This document shows, piece after piece, positions 49,971 to 59,302 of a stretch of DNA of 59,302 bases. The DNA comes from a virus (Duplodnaviria; Caudoviricetes). Position 1 is the first letter of the stretch; each line of letters opens with the position of its first letter. The stretch is taken from the IMG/VR virus record IMGVR_UViG_3300046167_000227, positions 1-59,302 of that record; one strand, written 5' to 3'. The notes under the pieces are model-generated. The model was not told the DNA's origin, searched no databases, and saw only the letters and a list, made by a program, of their open reading frames with translations. Position numbers and translations under genes: made by a program.

Positions 49971-50857
49971 TCATACTGTCAAATTTTTTCTTGTACTTAA
50001 TGCTAAATTAGCAGAAGCAAAGGTATTCTTCATGTAAGGCTTAACACTTTGTGGGTTTGCATGTCCTGTGACAGACATTATTTGCCCATTGACACACCAG
50101 CTTCTACCATCTCAGTCGTACCTGTTCTTCTTAAGTCTGCAATCGTAAGCTCTTTAGACAGTCCTGCAGAGTCCATAATCTTTCTGCCTACTATGGATAG
50201 CCTAGTGATGGTGTAAGGCTTGTACGCCTCTCTCTAGAGCGAGGGCGAGGGTGCTACATATTCTTGGAAACCAAAGTCTTCTTTCTGTTGTGTAAGCATT
50301 TAGTTAATCCATCACTTATAGGCAGATGAACTGTTGCACCTCGTCTTGGATTGCTCTAAGTTGAGTATCCTTTTGTCATAATCTATGCTATCAAACTGTA
50401 GCAATCTCATATCTCCTATCCTTTGACACCATTCATATGCCATTTGTACAATTAAACCTAGACTACGATATTGAAAATCTGCATAACAGAAATCTAATAA
50501 CTGCATAATCTGTTCTTTTGTCCATGTAACTTTTCTAGGCTTAGTAACTTTACACTTGAATGTAGAGAATGGATTAGTCTCAGCATAACCCATCTCCATT
50601 CCAAATGAATAAACTTTCCTAGAGGTAGCACATATATGGTTTGCCATATAAATGCCACGTTTTAGCCACACTTCATATGATTGTCTAGCAACTGCACCTG
50701 TCAATTTATTGACCTTAGTTGTATAAACAAACTTATCATCTATCTTAGTGTTCAACATTACAGATAAACAATTTGAATAATCTACTTTAGTTTTATCTGC
50801 TAACATATTGAAATCACTAGACAAATAGTACTTGTCTACTAAGCTATTTATATTCAT
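49971..50857 (-). CDS. Tyrosine integrase/recombinase (frameshifted)
   Basis: QRIGD and QSK in ORF 50312..50893; downstream frames give DLRRTG, TGH and KPY. Confidence 0.8.
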
Positions 50858-51101
50858 AAGACCCACTCCATCTTGTATAGTGTCCATGTTCACACTCTAC
50901 CTTAGCACCTACTATGTCAGCAAGTTGATGTTCCATGCCATCTAACTTACAGATTTGTTCATAGTCTAATGGACACTTATCGTCTGTTACTGCATTAATA
51001 TTTCTTAATGTTTCTAACATCTCTAAGATTTGTCTTGACTGTTGTTGTGTCAAATTTAAAATTTTATTTATGTCTTTAAATACTATTTTCTTTTTAGTCA
51101 T
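50844..51101 (-). CDS. Hypothetical protein
   Basis: GGAGG RBS; 85 aa. Confidence 0.6.
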   Translation of the reverse strand: MTKKKIVFKDINKILNLTQQQSRQILEMLETLRNINAVTDDKCPLDYEQICKLDGMEHQLADIVGAKVECEHGHYTRWSGSYEYK

Positions 51102-51226
51102 ATAACTATACCTCCAATGCTATATAAATACATAATGCTATTATTAATAGTTTACCATAGTCTAAGTCATACTTAGTACTCTCTCCATACTTATCTTCAA
51201 AGTGTGTTATTATTCTATGCCACATT

Positions 51227-51421
51227 TTATTCTCCTTTCTTTCTAAGTTTTTCTAACATATTAATTGTGTTTCTAATAAGGTTGATATTACTTTTTAACT
51301 GTTCAAAATACCAACCATCTTTCTTTCTTACTGCTTCTCTTCTTAACTCATCGTGCTTATGATAATATAGTTTAACTAATACTCTTAAAGCAGAACCTAT
51401 TTCTTTATTATTTAATATCAA
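51227..51421 (-). CDS. Hypothetical protein
   Basis: 64-aa coupled ORF. Confidence 0.5.
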   Translation of the reverse strand: MILNNKEIGSALRVLVKLYYHKHDELRREAVRKKDGWYFEQLKSNINLIRNTINMLEKLRKKGE

Positions 51422-51917
51422 TGTAAATTCTCATGTGTGTTGATTCAGCCTTGCTCTGACCCCAATAGGTAGCACCTGTACCTCTTAACTCAGGCTTTAT
51501 GTGTTGTCCACGTACTCGCATCTTATATGTCTTCTTGTTGAAGTACTTCTTCATAGTGTCAACAAACTCTTGACCATATGTGTCATTAGGTATCTCGCTG
51601 AACATGTAACCACATCCTTTAGGTTGATTGTTATAATAAGAATCTTTCCAAAACTCAGCTTTACTTACCTCTTTCTCATACCTTTCTTTCCATATGTCAG
51701 AAGTTTCACTATCGTTAACAGATGATATGAAGTTATCTTCTGCAAGTTTCTTGTAATACTTATACTGTTTATCCAAATCTTCATATGTACTTTTCTCAAT
51801 CATGTTCATGGCTTTCTCTTGCCACTCATCACGTTGTTTAGCTAACCTAACTATCTTATGACTTAACTCTTCTATAGTTATATCACTAAACAATTTATCA
51901 TATCCTCGTTCTTTCAT
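51408..51917 (-). CDS. Hypothetical protein
   Basis: Start MKERGY with AGGAG RBS. Confidence 0.6.
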   Translation of the reverse strand: MKERGYDKLFSDITIEELSHKIVRLAKQRDEWQEKAMNMIEKSTYEDLDKQYKYYKKLAEDNFISSVNDSETSDIWKERYEKEVSKAEFWKDSYYNNQPKGCGYMFSEIPNDTYGQEFVDTMKKYFNKKTYKMRVRGQHIKPELRGTGATYWGQSKAESTHMRIYIDIK

Positions 51918-52425
51918 GCCACTTCTCCTGTCATCCATTGTGGTTTAGTTGTATAGTTATACCTTGCGAATCTTGACTTGTCAACTATATAAAACTTTCT
52001 ATATGCTTCAATAGGAAAGAACTCTTTTGTCTTCAAGTCATCATGTCCACTAAAAACATTGTGGATGTTTAGTTATACCACCTGCTCTTGACCAAGGCAT
52101 AAGCCACCTAGCTTGTAATAGAACATCTTTATGTTTACTAGCACCATGAATTTTTACCATACCTATTAGTATATTCATTTAGCATTTCGTTGTACAACTG
52201 CCATGCAAATGTATAGTTTGACCTATTACGTTGTGCCCATAATGTACAAGGATGTTTTTGATGTACAGGTTTATATAAATTATGTTCTTCTGCATATCTA
52301 GGTCTATGATGCCATACGGCAGTACATAACATCTGTGCTTCTTCTAATGGCATCTTAACTATGTGTTGGTCACATAAAGACTTAGCAATATCACGTGGTC
52401 TTTCTTCTATAATAAATCTATTCAT
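51914..52425 (-). CDS. Pyrimidine-dimer DNA glycosylase-like protein (frameshifted)
   Basis: MNRF..CDQHIVKMPLEEAQMLCTA..HPCTLW..EYTNRYGK; continues in other frames to PQW. Confidence 0.7.
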
Positions 52426-52572
52426 CTGTGTCTCCTATTCAAATGTTTGTTCTATGTGTACTATAACTCCATCAATCATATCTATGATTTGTTGAGAATC
52501 ATAAGCCTTTATATAGATATAAAAAGTTCCATAGTCTTCTTTACCTCTTGGACTTTCCATTCTACATAATAT

Positions 52573-53004
52573 CTATTCATCTTTAATCTCCCATCTATAA
52601 AATATGTGGTCATCTATTCGTGTTACATACGTCTTAGTATCTGCCCAACTAGGATTGACATAGTGTGCATGGTAGTGTGTAGCACCCTCAACAAAGTCAT
52701 CTAGGTGTCCATTGTATACACCATTAGCAATGTGCATAGCCGTTCTCCATGCCTTATGTTCTCTAGGCTTGTCACTCTTGCCATCACAGTACCAACTGAA
52801 CTGACACCTATTCTTGATAGGAAAGTCAGGCTTCCATTTGTATGTTGCACCTTGTTTAACTACGTCACATACTGTGTTAGGGTATCGTGTATCCTTTACC
52901 CTATTCATCACAACTTGTGCGACTGCTACTTGCCCTATGAAACTTTGATTCTTAGCTTCATGGTACACGTTGAGTGCTAGGCATATCATTGATTCCATTA
53001 GCAT
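52573..53004 (-). CDS. Cell wall hydrolase, SleB family
   Basis: CLALNVYHEA, VAQVVMNRV, QFSW, GATHYH, HIFY. Confidence 0.9.
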   Translation of the reverse strand: MLMESMICLALNVYHEAKNQSFIGQVAVAQVVMNRVKDTRYPNTVCDVVKQGATYKWKPDFPIKNRCQFSWYCDGKSDKPREHKAWRTAMHIANGVYNGHLDDFVEGATHYHAHYVNPSWADTKTYVTRIDDHIFYRWEIKDE

Positions 53005-53005
53005 T

Positions 53006-53221
53006 CTATACAGTCTCCTCTCCATTCTCACTCATTATAAATAAGAACCCACCACTATTGCCCTCAGGGTCAGAACTTACTGCTATCTTAACATCTTCAT
53101 ACTTAGGTTTAGTTAGTATAAACTCAGGGAATCCTTCTGCATCTATGCCTAAGAATTTCTTTATCTTGAATCCTTCTAACTGCTTGTAGTATCTGTCTTT
53201 AAATTCTCCCATTATACACAC
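53006..53221 (-). CDS. Hypothetical protein
   Basis: DPEGNSGGFL motif. Confidence 0.6.
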   Translation of the reverse strand: MCIMGEFKDRYYKQLEGFKIKKFLGIDAEGFPEFILTKPKYEDVKIAVSSDPEGNSGGFLFIMSENGEETV

Positions 53222-53454
53222 TCCCTTTTAAATACTGTGTTCCAAGTCTCTTCAATCTCATCATCAAGATTTTCATCCTCAATAAATTCTAGTTGGTTTT
53301 GTACATATAGAATACGACATTGTTCAAGTGTCCACTTATCTGTAAGTTCTTCATCAAAGAATAATACAGGTTGGAGTTCTTCCTTGCTCATATTTAATGC
53401 TTGGTAATATAATATATTAACCAATGCTTTTTTATATCGTGTCTCGTTTGTCAT
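53212..53454 (-). CDS. Hypothetical protein
   Basis: 80-aa coupled ORF. Confidence 0.55.
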   Translation of the reverse strand: MTNETRYKKALVNILYYQALNMSKEELQPVLFFDEELTDKWTLEQCRILYVQNQLEFIEDENLDDEIEETWNTVFKRECV

Positions 53455-54473
53455 ACTAACTCCTTGTTGTTGTTATACATTTCATGCCATGTGTCATCTA
53501 ACTGTATACCCTTGAGTATATGTGCAATCACATCAACTGTCCACCCATTACCAATCATCTTGTATCGCTGACTATTTGATACATGATTGGTGTAGTTGTC
53601 AGGTAGCGTTTGTAAGCGTTCGCATTCTAAGCAACTTAATTTTCTCCACATATCTTTTGATACTGCAACCTTTGGTTCTCTGTGTCCACCTTGCATGGTA
53701 GTAAGAGTAGGTGCTTTGCCTTCTTGTGCATACACTCGCTTGATAGAGTCATGCCCTTTAAGGTCAGCAGTACCAACCCTAATCAATCCATCTTTAGACA
53801 TGGTAGGGTTATCTTTCAGTACCATAGTACGTTGTTTTCTTTCAATGCTATTCCACCATACTGCACCATTATATCTAGCAGTAAGACAATGAGATTTACC
53901 ATCAGCATTAGTCATCTCTTCAGTAGCATAACCATCTTCTAATATGTCTTGCATAACTATTCCTTTATCAATCATATCAGCAATACGTATTTGCTCATAC
54001 TTACCATTGACTAGTACACCAAACCAATACAACCTATATCTATTTTGTGCAGATAGTTTACTAGAATTTAATGCTTGACATTCAAATCCCATGTATTCTG
54101 ATATAACATCTTGAGATTGTTTAGACATTCTAACATTCTCTAACAGTATATACTTAGGTTTTAGTTCATCTCTTAATCTAATAAACTCAAAGAATAATTT
54201 ACTACGTTCATCATTAAAGTTTAATTGTTTTCCTGCAAATGAAAATCCTTGACATGGACTACCTCCCATTAGGATATCAACATCATGATTGAAACTACTA
54301 GCATCAACTTTAGTTACATCTCCTATTGGTATTGCATCAGGAAAGTTAGCATCCATTACTATGTTAGCATACTTATCTATCTCAGAATAATAATACTTAG
54401 TTATAGGTATATTTGCTTTTATACTAGCTAACATACCACCACCATATCCATTAAAAATACTAGCTATTACCAT
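53451..54473 (-). CDS. C5-cytosine DNA methyltransferase
   Basis: F.G.GG, GSPCQGFS, ENV, QNR.R, ERLQT, GNGW. Confidence 0.92.
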   Translation of the reverse strand: MVIASIFNGYGGGMLASIKANIPITKYYYSEIDKYANIVMDANFPDAIPIGDVTKVDASSFNHDVDILMGGSPCQGFSFAGKQLNFNDERSKLFFEFIRLRDELKPKYILLENVRMSKQSQDVISEYMGFECQALNSSKLSAQNRYRLYWFGVLVNGKYEQIRIADMIDKGIVMQDILEDGYATEEMTNADGKSHCLTARYNGAVWWNSIERKQRTMVLKDNPTMSKDGLIRVGTADLKGHDSIKRVYAQEGKAPTLTTMQGGHREPKVAVSKDMWRKLSCLECERLQTLPDNYTNHVSNSQRYKMIGNGWTVDVIAHILKGIQLDDTWHEMYNNNKELV

Positions 54474-54578
54474 TGTCTTTATCTCCTATTGGTATTTCTT
54501 CGTTAGGTAAAAATTGTTTCTCTATCTCATTCATCGTATCTTCAAATAAGTTATATAACTCTTCTTCATCCATGTCAA

Positions 54579-55083
54579 CTACTCCTTGTAATATTTTTCT
54601 AATCTGTCATACAAGTAGTCTAAGCTATCTTGATTAGCTTGGTATAGTATACCTATCCCACCTTTATCAATCCATTTCTGAATGTTCTTAGGCTTGTCAT
54701 CAATTAAGATGTTACCTTTAGTGTATGCTCTATTAACTGCATACTTTTCTTTCCTACCCTGTAAAGATAGCATCACTTGGATTATAGTTATGTTTATCTA
54801 ACCAATGTCTTTTCCAAAATGCTGAGTTCTTATTGTCATATCTTAATGGAGATGAAAGTATAATCCATTCTCCTTTAGTTAGTTTATCTATATGACTAAT
54901 CAGCTTATCACTTGTTTCAAACTTAGGTATTGTTCCAAAGAAATCAGTACCTTTTAATTCTGATATTGATTGTGCTATGTTTATGTCTTTCCAATGTTGT
55001 ACACCATACTTTATTTCTAATGCTTTAAAGAAATCAGCTATAACACCATCCATGTCTACATAAACTTTTCTTTTAACTGTCAT
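54579..55083 (-). CDS. 5'(3')-deoxyribonucleotidase, HAD family (frameshifted)
   Basis: DMDGVIADF, ILSSP, K..W and LIDD across two ORFs. Confidence 0.85.
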
Positions 55084-55276
55084 TGTTCTTTTCCTTTTCT
55101 TTTAATAATCTTTGGTCTAACTTATCCATTAATTGTTTTGTTTCTTCATACAACTTTCTATCGTATTCATCTTCATCTTTATCTCCAACAAAACTTTCTT
55201 GTATATGTAATTCTGAATCCAAGCTATCTACAAGAATATCTAATTCATTTAATGTTAATTCTAATTTAATTGTCAT
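55073..55276 (-). CDS. Hypothetical protein
   Basis: AAGGA RBS; acidic 67 aa. Confidence 0.6.
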   Translation of the reverse strand: MTIKLELTLNELDILVDSLDSELHIQESFVGDKDEDEYDRKLYEETKQLMDKLDQRLLKEKEKNNDS

Positions 55277-55300
55277 TTTATTTTCCTTTCATTTAGTTAT

Positions 55301-55335
55301 ACAAGTAGACTATCCCATTATAATCTACTTGTCAA
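55301..55335 (-). promoter_or_regulatory. Promoter overlapped by an inverted repeat
   Basis: TTGACA-N17-TAGTCT; ACAAGTAGA-N14-TCTACTTGT. Confidence 0.55.
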
Positions 55336-55342
55336 GTGTTAG

Positions 55343-56191
55343 TTATGCAACTAATTCAAGTTTCTTAAACTCATTAGATGATATCCATTTGCTTACCTCT
55401 TGTTCTCTATTCCACATAGATAAACTTTCAGTATCATTGCCCATATTCTTTAGGCTAAATCCATTTCTTTCATCAGCATAGCTAGAGTAGTTAGTAAATG
55501 CTGAGTATAAAGAGAATACATTAGCACCTCTATTAGCAACCTCATTATAGTACAAGCTAGACATTTTCTCAGCTTTCCTATCTGATTTAACTATGTTCTT
55601 AATGATTTCTGCGACATCTACACCATCTAATTTAATGTTTGCCCATGATTGTAACTTTTTAGATTGTGCATAGAAATCTTGTTTAGCATTTTGTAATTCA
55701 TCTATGAATGTATCTATGTTAAAATTAGATGTATTCTTACGTCTAACTTTATCATATTCACCTCTTATCTGACCATTAGTACAAAAGAAATCTATTGCAC
55801 CAAAAAATACTTGATTAGACATACTACCATCAACTCCATGTAATGCTATGATACGTTCAGCAATGGTAGTTGTATGCTTATCAGTAGTTATTTTAGTAGT
55901 AACATTAGGTAAGGTTATATCAGCTATTATTACTGCATTATCTTTAGCAGTAGATACCTTAACTTTAGCATTTTCTAATTCGTGAGATGTTCTATTTTCT
56001 TTTATAACATTCTCTACACCATCAATGAAATTCATATGAGATGTTGTATTAAAACTTTTACCTACTATACCTATTGGAGTATCAGTTAAAGTATTGATTA
56101 CATATTTCTTGCTAGGTAATCTTGTCTTTTCATATGCAATATCAAATTTTAAATTGTCATTTAATTGTATTAATCTATTTGTATCTAACAT
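55343..56191 (-). CDS. DUF932-family protein
   Basis: HGVDGS, FFCTNG, SLYSAFTNY. Confidence 0.7.
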   Translation of the reverse strand: MLDTNRLIQLNDNLKFDIAYEKTRLPSKKYVINTLTDTPIGIVGKSFNTTSHMNFIDGVENVIKENRTSHELENAKVKVSTAKDNAVIIADITLPNVTTKITTDKHTTTIAERIIALHGVDGSMSNQVFFGAIDFFCTNGQIRGEYDKVRRKNTSNFNIDTFIDELQNAKQDFYAQSKKLQSWANIKLDGVDVAEIIKNIVKSDRKAEKMSSLYYNEVANRGANVFSLYSAFTNYSSYADERNGFSLKNMGNDTESLSMWNREQEVSKWISSNEFKKLELVA

Positions 56192-56448
56192 TATTTATTC
56201 TCCTGTTGTTTATTTAATTTTCTATTGTGTATATCTTCGTCTAATGTAATTCCTGTTAATAAAAATTGCCTTTCACTAAAGTTTAGGAATTGAAATTCAC
56301 TTCTTAAATCTATATTTGGATTATCATTAATTCTATTTATATCTACAAATGACAATGGTAATTCCATACTATTTATATTACCTGTTAAATCAGATTTTCT
56401 AGATATCATATTAAATTTATGTAACTTATGTTTTTTTAATGTAAGCAT
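56191..56448 (-). CDS. Hypothetical early protein (allele B)
   Basis: S.LTG....ME...ERQFLLTGIT motif. Confidence 0.7.
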   Translation of the reverse strand: MLTLKKHKLHKFNMISRKSDLTGNINSMELPLSFVDINRINDNPNIDLRSEFQFLNFSERQFLLTGITLDEDIHNRKLNKQQENK

Positions 56449-57478
56449 TTTGTATTCTCCTTTTGTTATTGGTTAGTTATATAAGTAAACTACACCATTA
56501 TAATTTACTTGTAAAGAGTTATTTAATTTATTTTTGTCTTTTAATAAATTGTCCTGTTACTGCACATCTACTAACATAAAAGTAACCTACGTTATGGGAA
56601 ATTGTACCTTTTTGAGCATACCTACTTGTAGTACGTCTAAAGAAAATGTTTTTATTTCCTATTGGATTTTTAATTATGTTTTTCATTGTATTATCCTTTC
56701 ATTTTGTTATACAATTATTTTCTATTCTTATGTTATGTCATACAACTAAAAGTATGTCAATAACTTTATTTACTTTTTTTTATTATATTCACGTCTATAT
56801 TTTTCATTACCTCCTGTTACTGCTTTCATTAATCTATATTTAGTTTCTATTTCAAATTGTCTTAATTTACGTCTATCAATTTCTTTTAATAGTTTTAGTT
56901 TTATATTGTATTTCATTTTAATAATTCCTTTATATCTACTTCATTTTCTAATTGTACATCATATCCCATTGATGTAATAGTATTTAAAGTTTCTATTGAC
57001 AATGTTTTAGTTTTGGCAATATCTGAAAATGATTTAGCTATTTTACATTTAGGATATATTAACTTGATTACCGTATACATTTTTTATAAATACTTGTATT
57101 TTCATTCTATTATTTCCTTTTCTATTTAGTTATATAATTAAAGTATATTATTATTTTTAGTTAGTCAATTAATTATTTTTATTTATTTGTTTTTATTGTA
57201 GATGGATATTTTACTATTAAACTCTTTAACTTTCAGCCTATTTTATGTAAACATATAGCTATTAAACATTGTTAACAAATATAATAAGAAATAGTGTAAC
57301 ATTAAATTATTATATCTTTAATATCGTCTAATATAGAATATTAAACTAATTCCTAAAGTTAAATTACATATTACAGTTATATAACACTAGTATATGATAT
57401 ACTATTCATTTTAATTGCCTTTCTATACTACTATCATGTTTTATTATGGTGTGACATTTTTGCCACACCATTTTATAT

Positions 57479-58500
57479 TTATTTGTTTAAACTTGCTATC
57501 TTTACAAATCCACTTAATATTGCTTTATTTAATTCAATTAATCTTTTATCCTTTTTATCCTTAGCTTTATATTTAAATCTTAATCCAATTATACATTGTT
57601 CTTTATGTTGTGGTAAGTAATCGTGTAAATCTCCGTCAATAACTTTAAATATTTTGTTATTAACTTTATATGTTTTAGGTAAATCTTTATTTCTTTTTGT
57701 ATCAAATACCATAGCTAAACTTAAACCATTATTAATAGCTATTTTAGTTTTATTAGTATCATTATCACTTACTGAATAAACAAACTTATAATCTTTATTA
57801 GCTATTCTATTAAAGTTTTTAGTATAATCATAATTTTTTAATATAATATCTTTATCATTATCTATTTTAGTTTGTTGTATTATTTCATTAGCTATATTAG
57901 AAAATGTATTTACTTTATTATTATAAACAATATTAATATTTTCATATTCAATATCACTTGAAATATTAAAACGTATAGATAATAAAAGACTATTTCTTAA
58001 ACAGTAATTAGCTTTTAATTGTATATATCTAATATACATAGCTAAAAATAACATAGGATTATTTAATAATAACTTTTTACGTTTTAACATAGCTTTTTGT
58101 TTAGCATCTATATAAGCAGGATTGCCACTATAAAAGATAACGCAATTACTTTTACAAGATGTTGTTGCATTGTTACAAACTGTTGTAATAACTTTATCTA
58201 ATCCATTATAATTTAAATAATCTAATATATCTTTATGATAATCATTATTATTAAAATCTTTTATTAATTCGTATGGTGCAATAGCAATACCTATTGAATA
58301 CATATTTAATTCTTTTAAGTTTTTAGCTAGTTTAGTTTGTGATTTGCTTTCACTTAAAAACGTAGTAAATCCATAATCCTTACATACGTTTTTTTAATTG
58401 GTTTAAATTCATATCTAAAACTTTAATGTTAATTATAAGTAACATTATCTAAGTTAAAAGTTTTACTAGTTAAATATTTATTTATATCTAATTTAATCAT
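57479..58500 (-). CDS. GP88-like protein (allele B; N-terminus frameshifted)
   Basis: TKLAKN, CNNATTSCKSNC, RFNISSDI, YDYTK, DGDLHD, IGLRFK. Confidence 0.65.
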
Positions 58501-58566
58501 TTTGTTTAATCCTTTTTAAAATTTAATTGTTAATAGGTTAATTTATTTATTTGTATAAGTAAAGTT

Positions 58567-58758
58567 TTATTTTAATGCTATTCCTATTTTATGCATCTTT
58601 TCAATTAGTATAGATGTTTTCATTTTTTGTAATTCATCTATATTATATTTATTAAAACATTTACTTTCAATTACTGATTGTATTTTTGGATTGCCTATTA
58701 AATTATTTGTTTCAATAATATAATTTTTTATAAAGTTTATTAAATCTTGTTTATTCAT
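58567..58758 (-). CDS. Hypothetical early protein (copy at about 2797-2986)
   Basis: 63 aa with AAGGA RBS. Confidence 0.55.
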   Translation of the reverse strand: MNKQDLINFIKNYIIETNNLIGNPKIQSVIESKCFNKYNIDELQKMKTSILIEKMHKIGIALK

Positions 58759-59302
58759 TTTGTTTAATCCTTTTTAATTGTTATATTGTTTAGTACTAAT
58801 ATCATAAATATTAATTAATTGATTAATACTATTATTTAATTTTTTAATTTCATTATCATATTTATTATTAGTAAAAACTATAACCATAAATATTTTTAAC
58901 TAAACAAATTTCATTACTATTTATTTTTTTAAACTTTTTAACTTTTAAATAATCAATTTGTTTTTCAAGTTTTTCTATTCTTTTTAATAAACTATTTTTT
59001 ATTATATAGTAAGTTTGTTTATTCATTGTATTAAATCCTTTTGTTGTTATTTATTTGTATAACTAAAACATATATTAAAAACATTGTCAACAGGTATTAT
59101 TATTTTATTTATATGTATAACTTTATGATATAGGTATCAGTTTTTGTGATACATGATATCAAAAGATTATATTAAAGATAACTGTTAATAAATCAGTTTT
59201 AAACTATTCATATTAACTACCATATATAGCTATAAATTAAATTATTCAGTCTATATATAGCATATAAATGTTATTTTATTTCAGATACTTAGCTATTGAT
59301 GA

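Larger units (their letters stand above)
55516..59302. repeat. Right copy of terminal redundancy (3787 bp vs 3533 bp)
   Basis: Colinear with 1..3533 apart from substitutions, a divergent small gene and a replaced gene. Confidence 0.95.

Noticed and set aside
1-59302. Alternative genetic code, tRNA genes or a phage RNA polymerase
   Set aside because: Long genes read through under the standard code and all three stops end genes. I recognised no tRNA or T7-like RNAP; consensus sigma70 promoters suggest host polymerase.

Overview
This window looks like an essentially complete ~55.5 kb dsDNA podovirus genome read with terminal redundancy: 1..3533 reappears at 55516..59302. The closest match from known families is the marine HMO-2011-type phages of Alphaproteobacteria. 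That call rests on a family A DNA polymerase with a DnaJ-like CxxCxGxG insert, plus a tyrosine integrase, primase, helicase, endonuclease I, class II RNR and MazG on the minus strand. The plus strand (3.9-39.6 kb) carries a cluster of small lysine-rich genes, lysis genes, terminase, portal, scaffold, capsid, tail genes, an array of short paralogous tail-fibre modules and large internal virion proteins. Many core genes are split by single-base indels that look like long-read errors. Three observations stand out. (1) A [FYML]-x-x-G-G peptide motif is shared by about eight late proteins, including a 43-aa peptide made almost only of it. A gene in the usual prohead-protease position carries a domain resembling the processed C-terminus of lambda tape measure gpH, suggesting an undescribed tagging or maturation system. 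(2) The two terminal copies differ, including a start-to-stop replacement of one gene. (3) Five tail-module paralogues share a DNA junction that serves as C-terminus, RBS, stop and start at once. All family calls come from motif recognition only; no searches were run.
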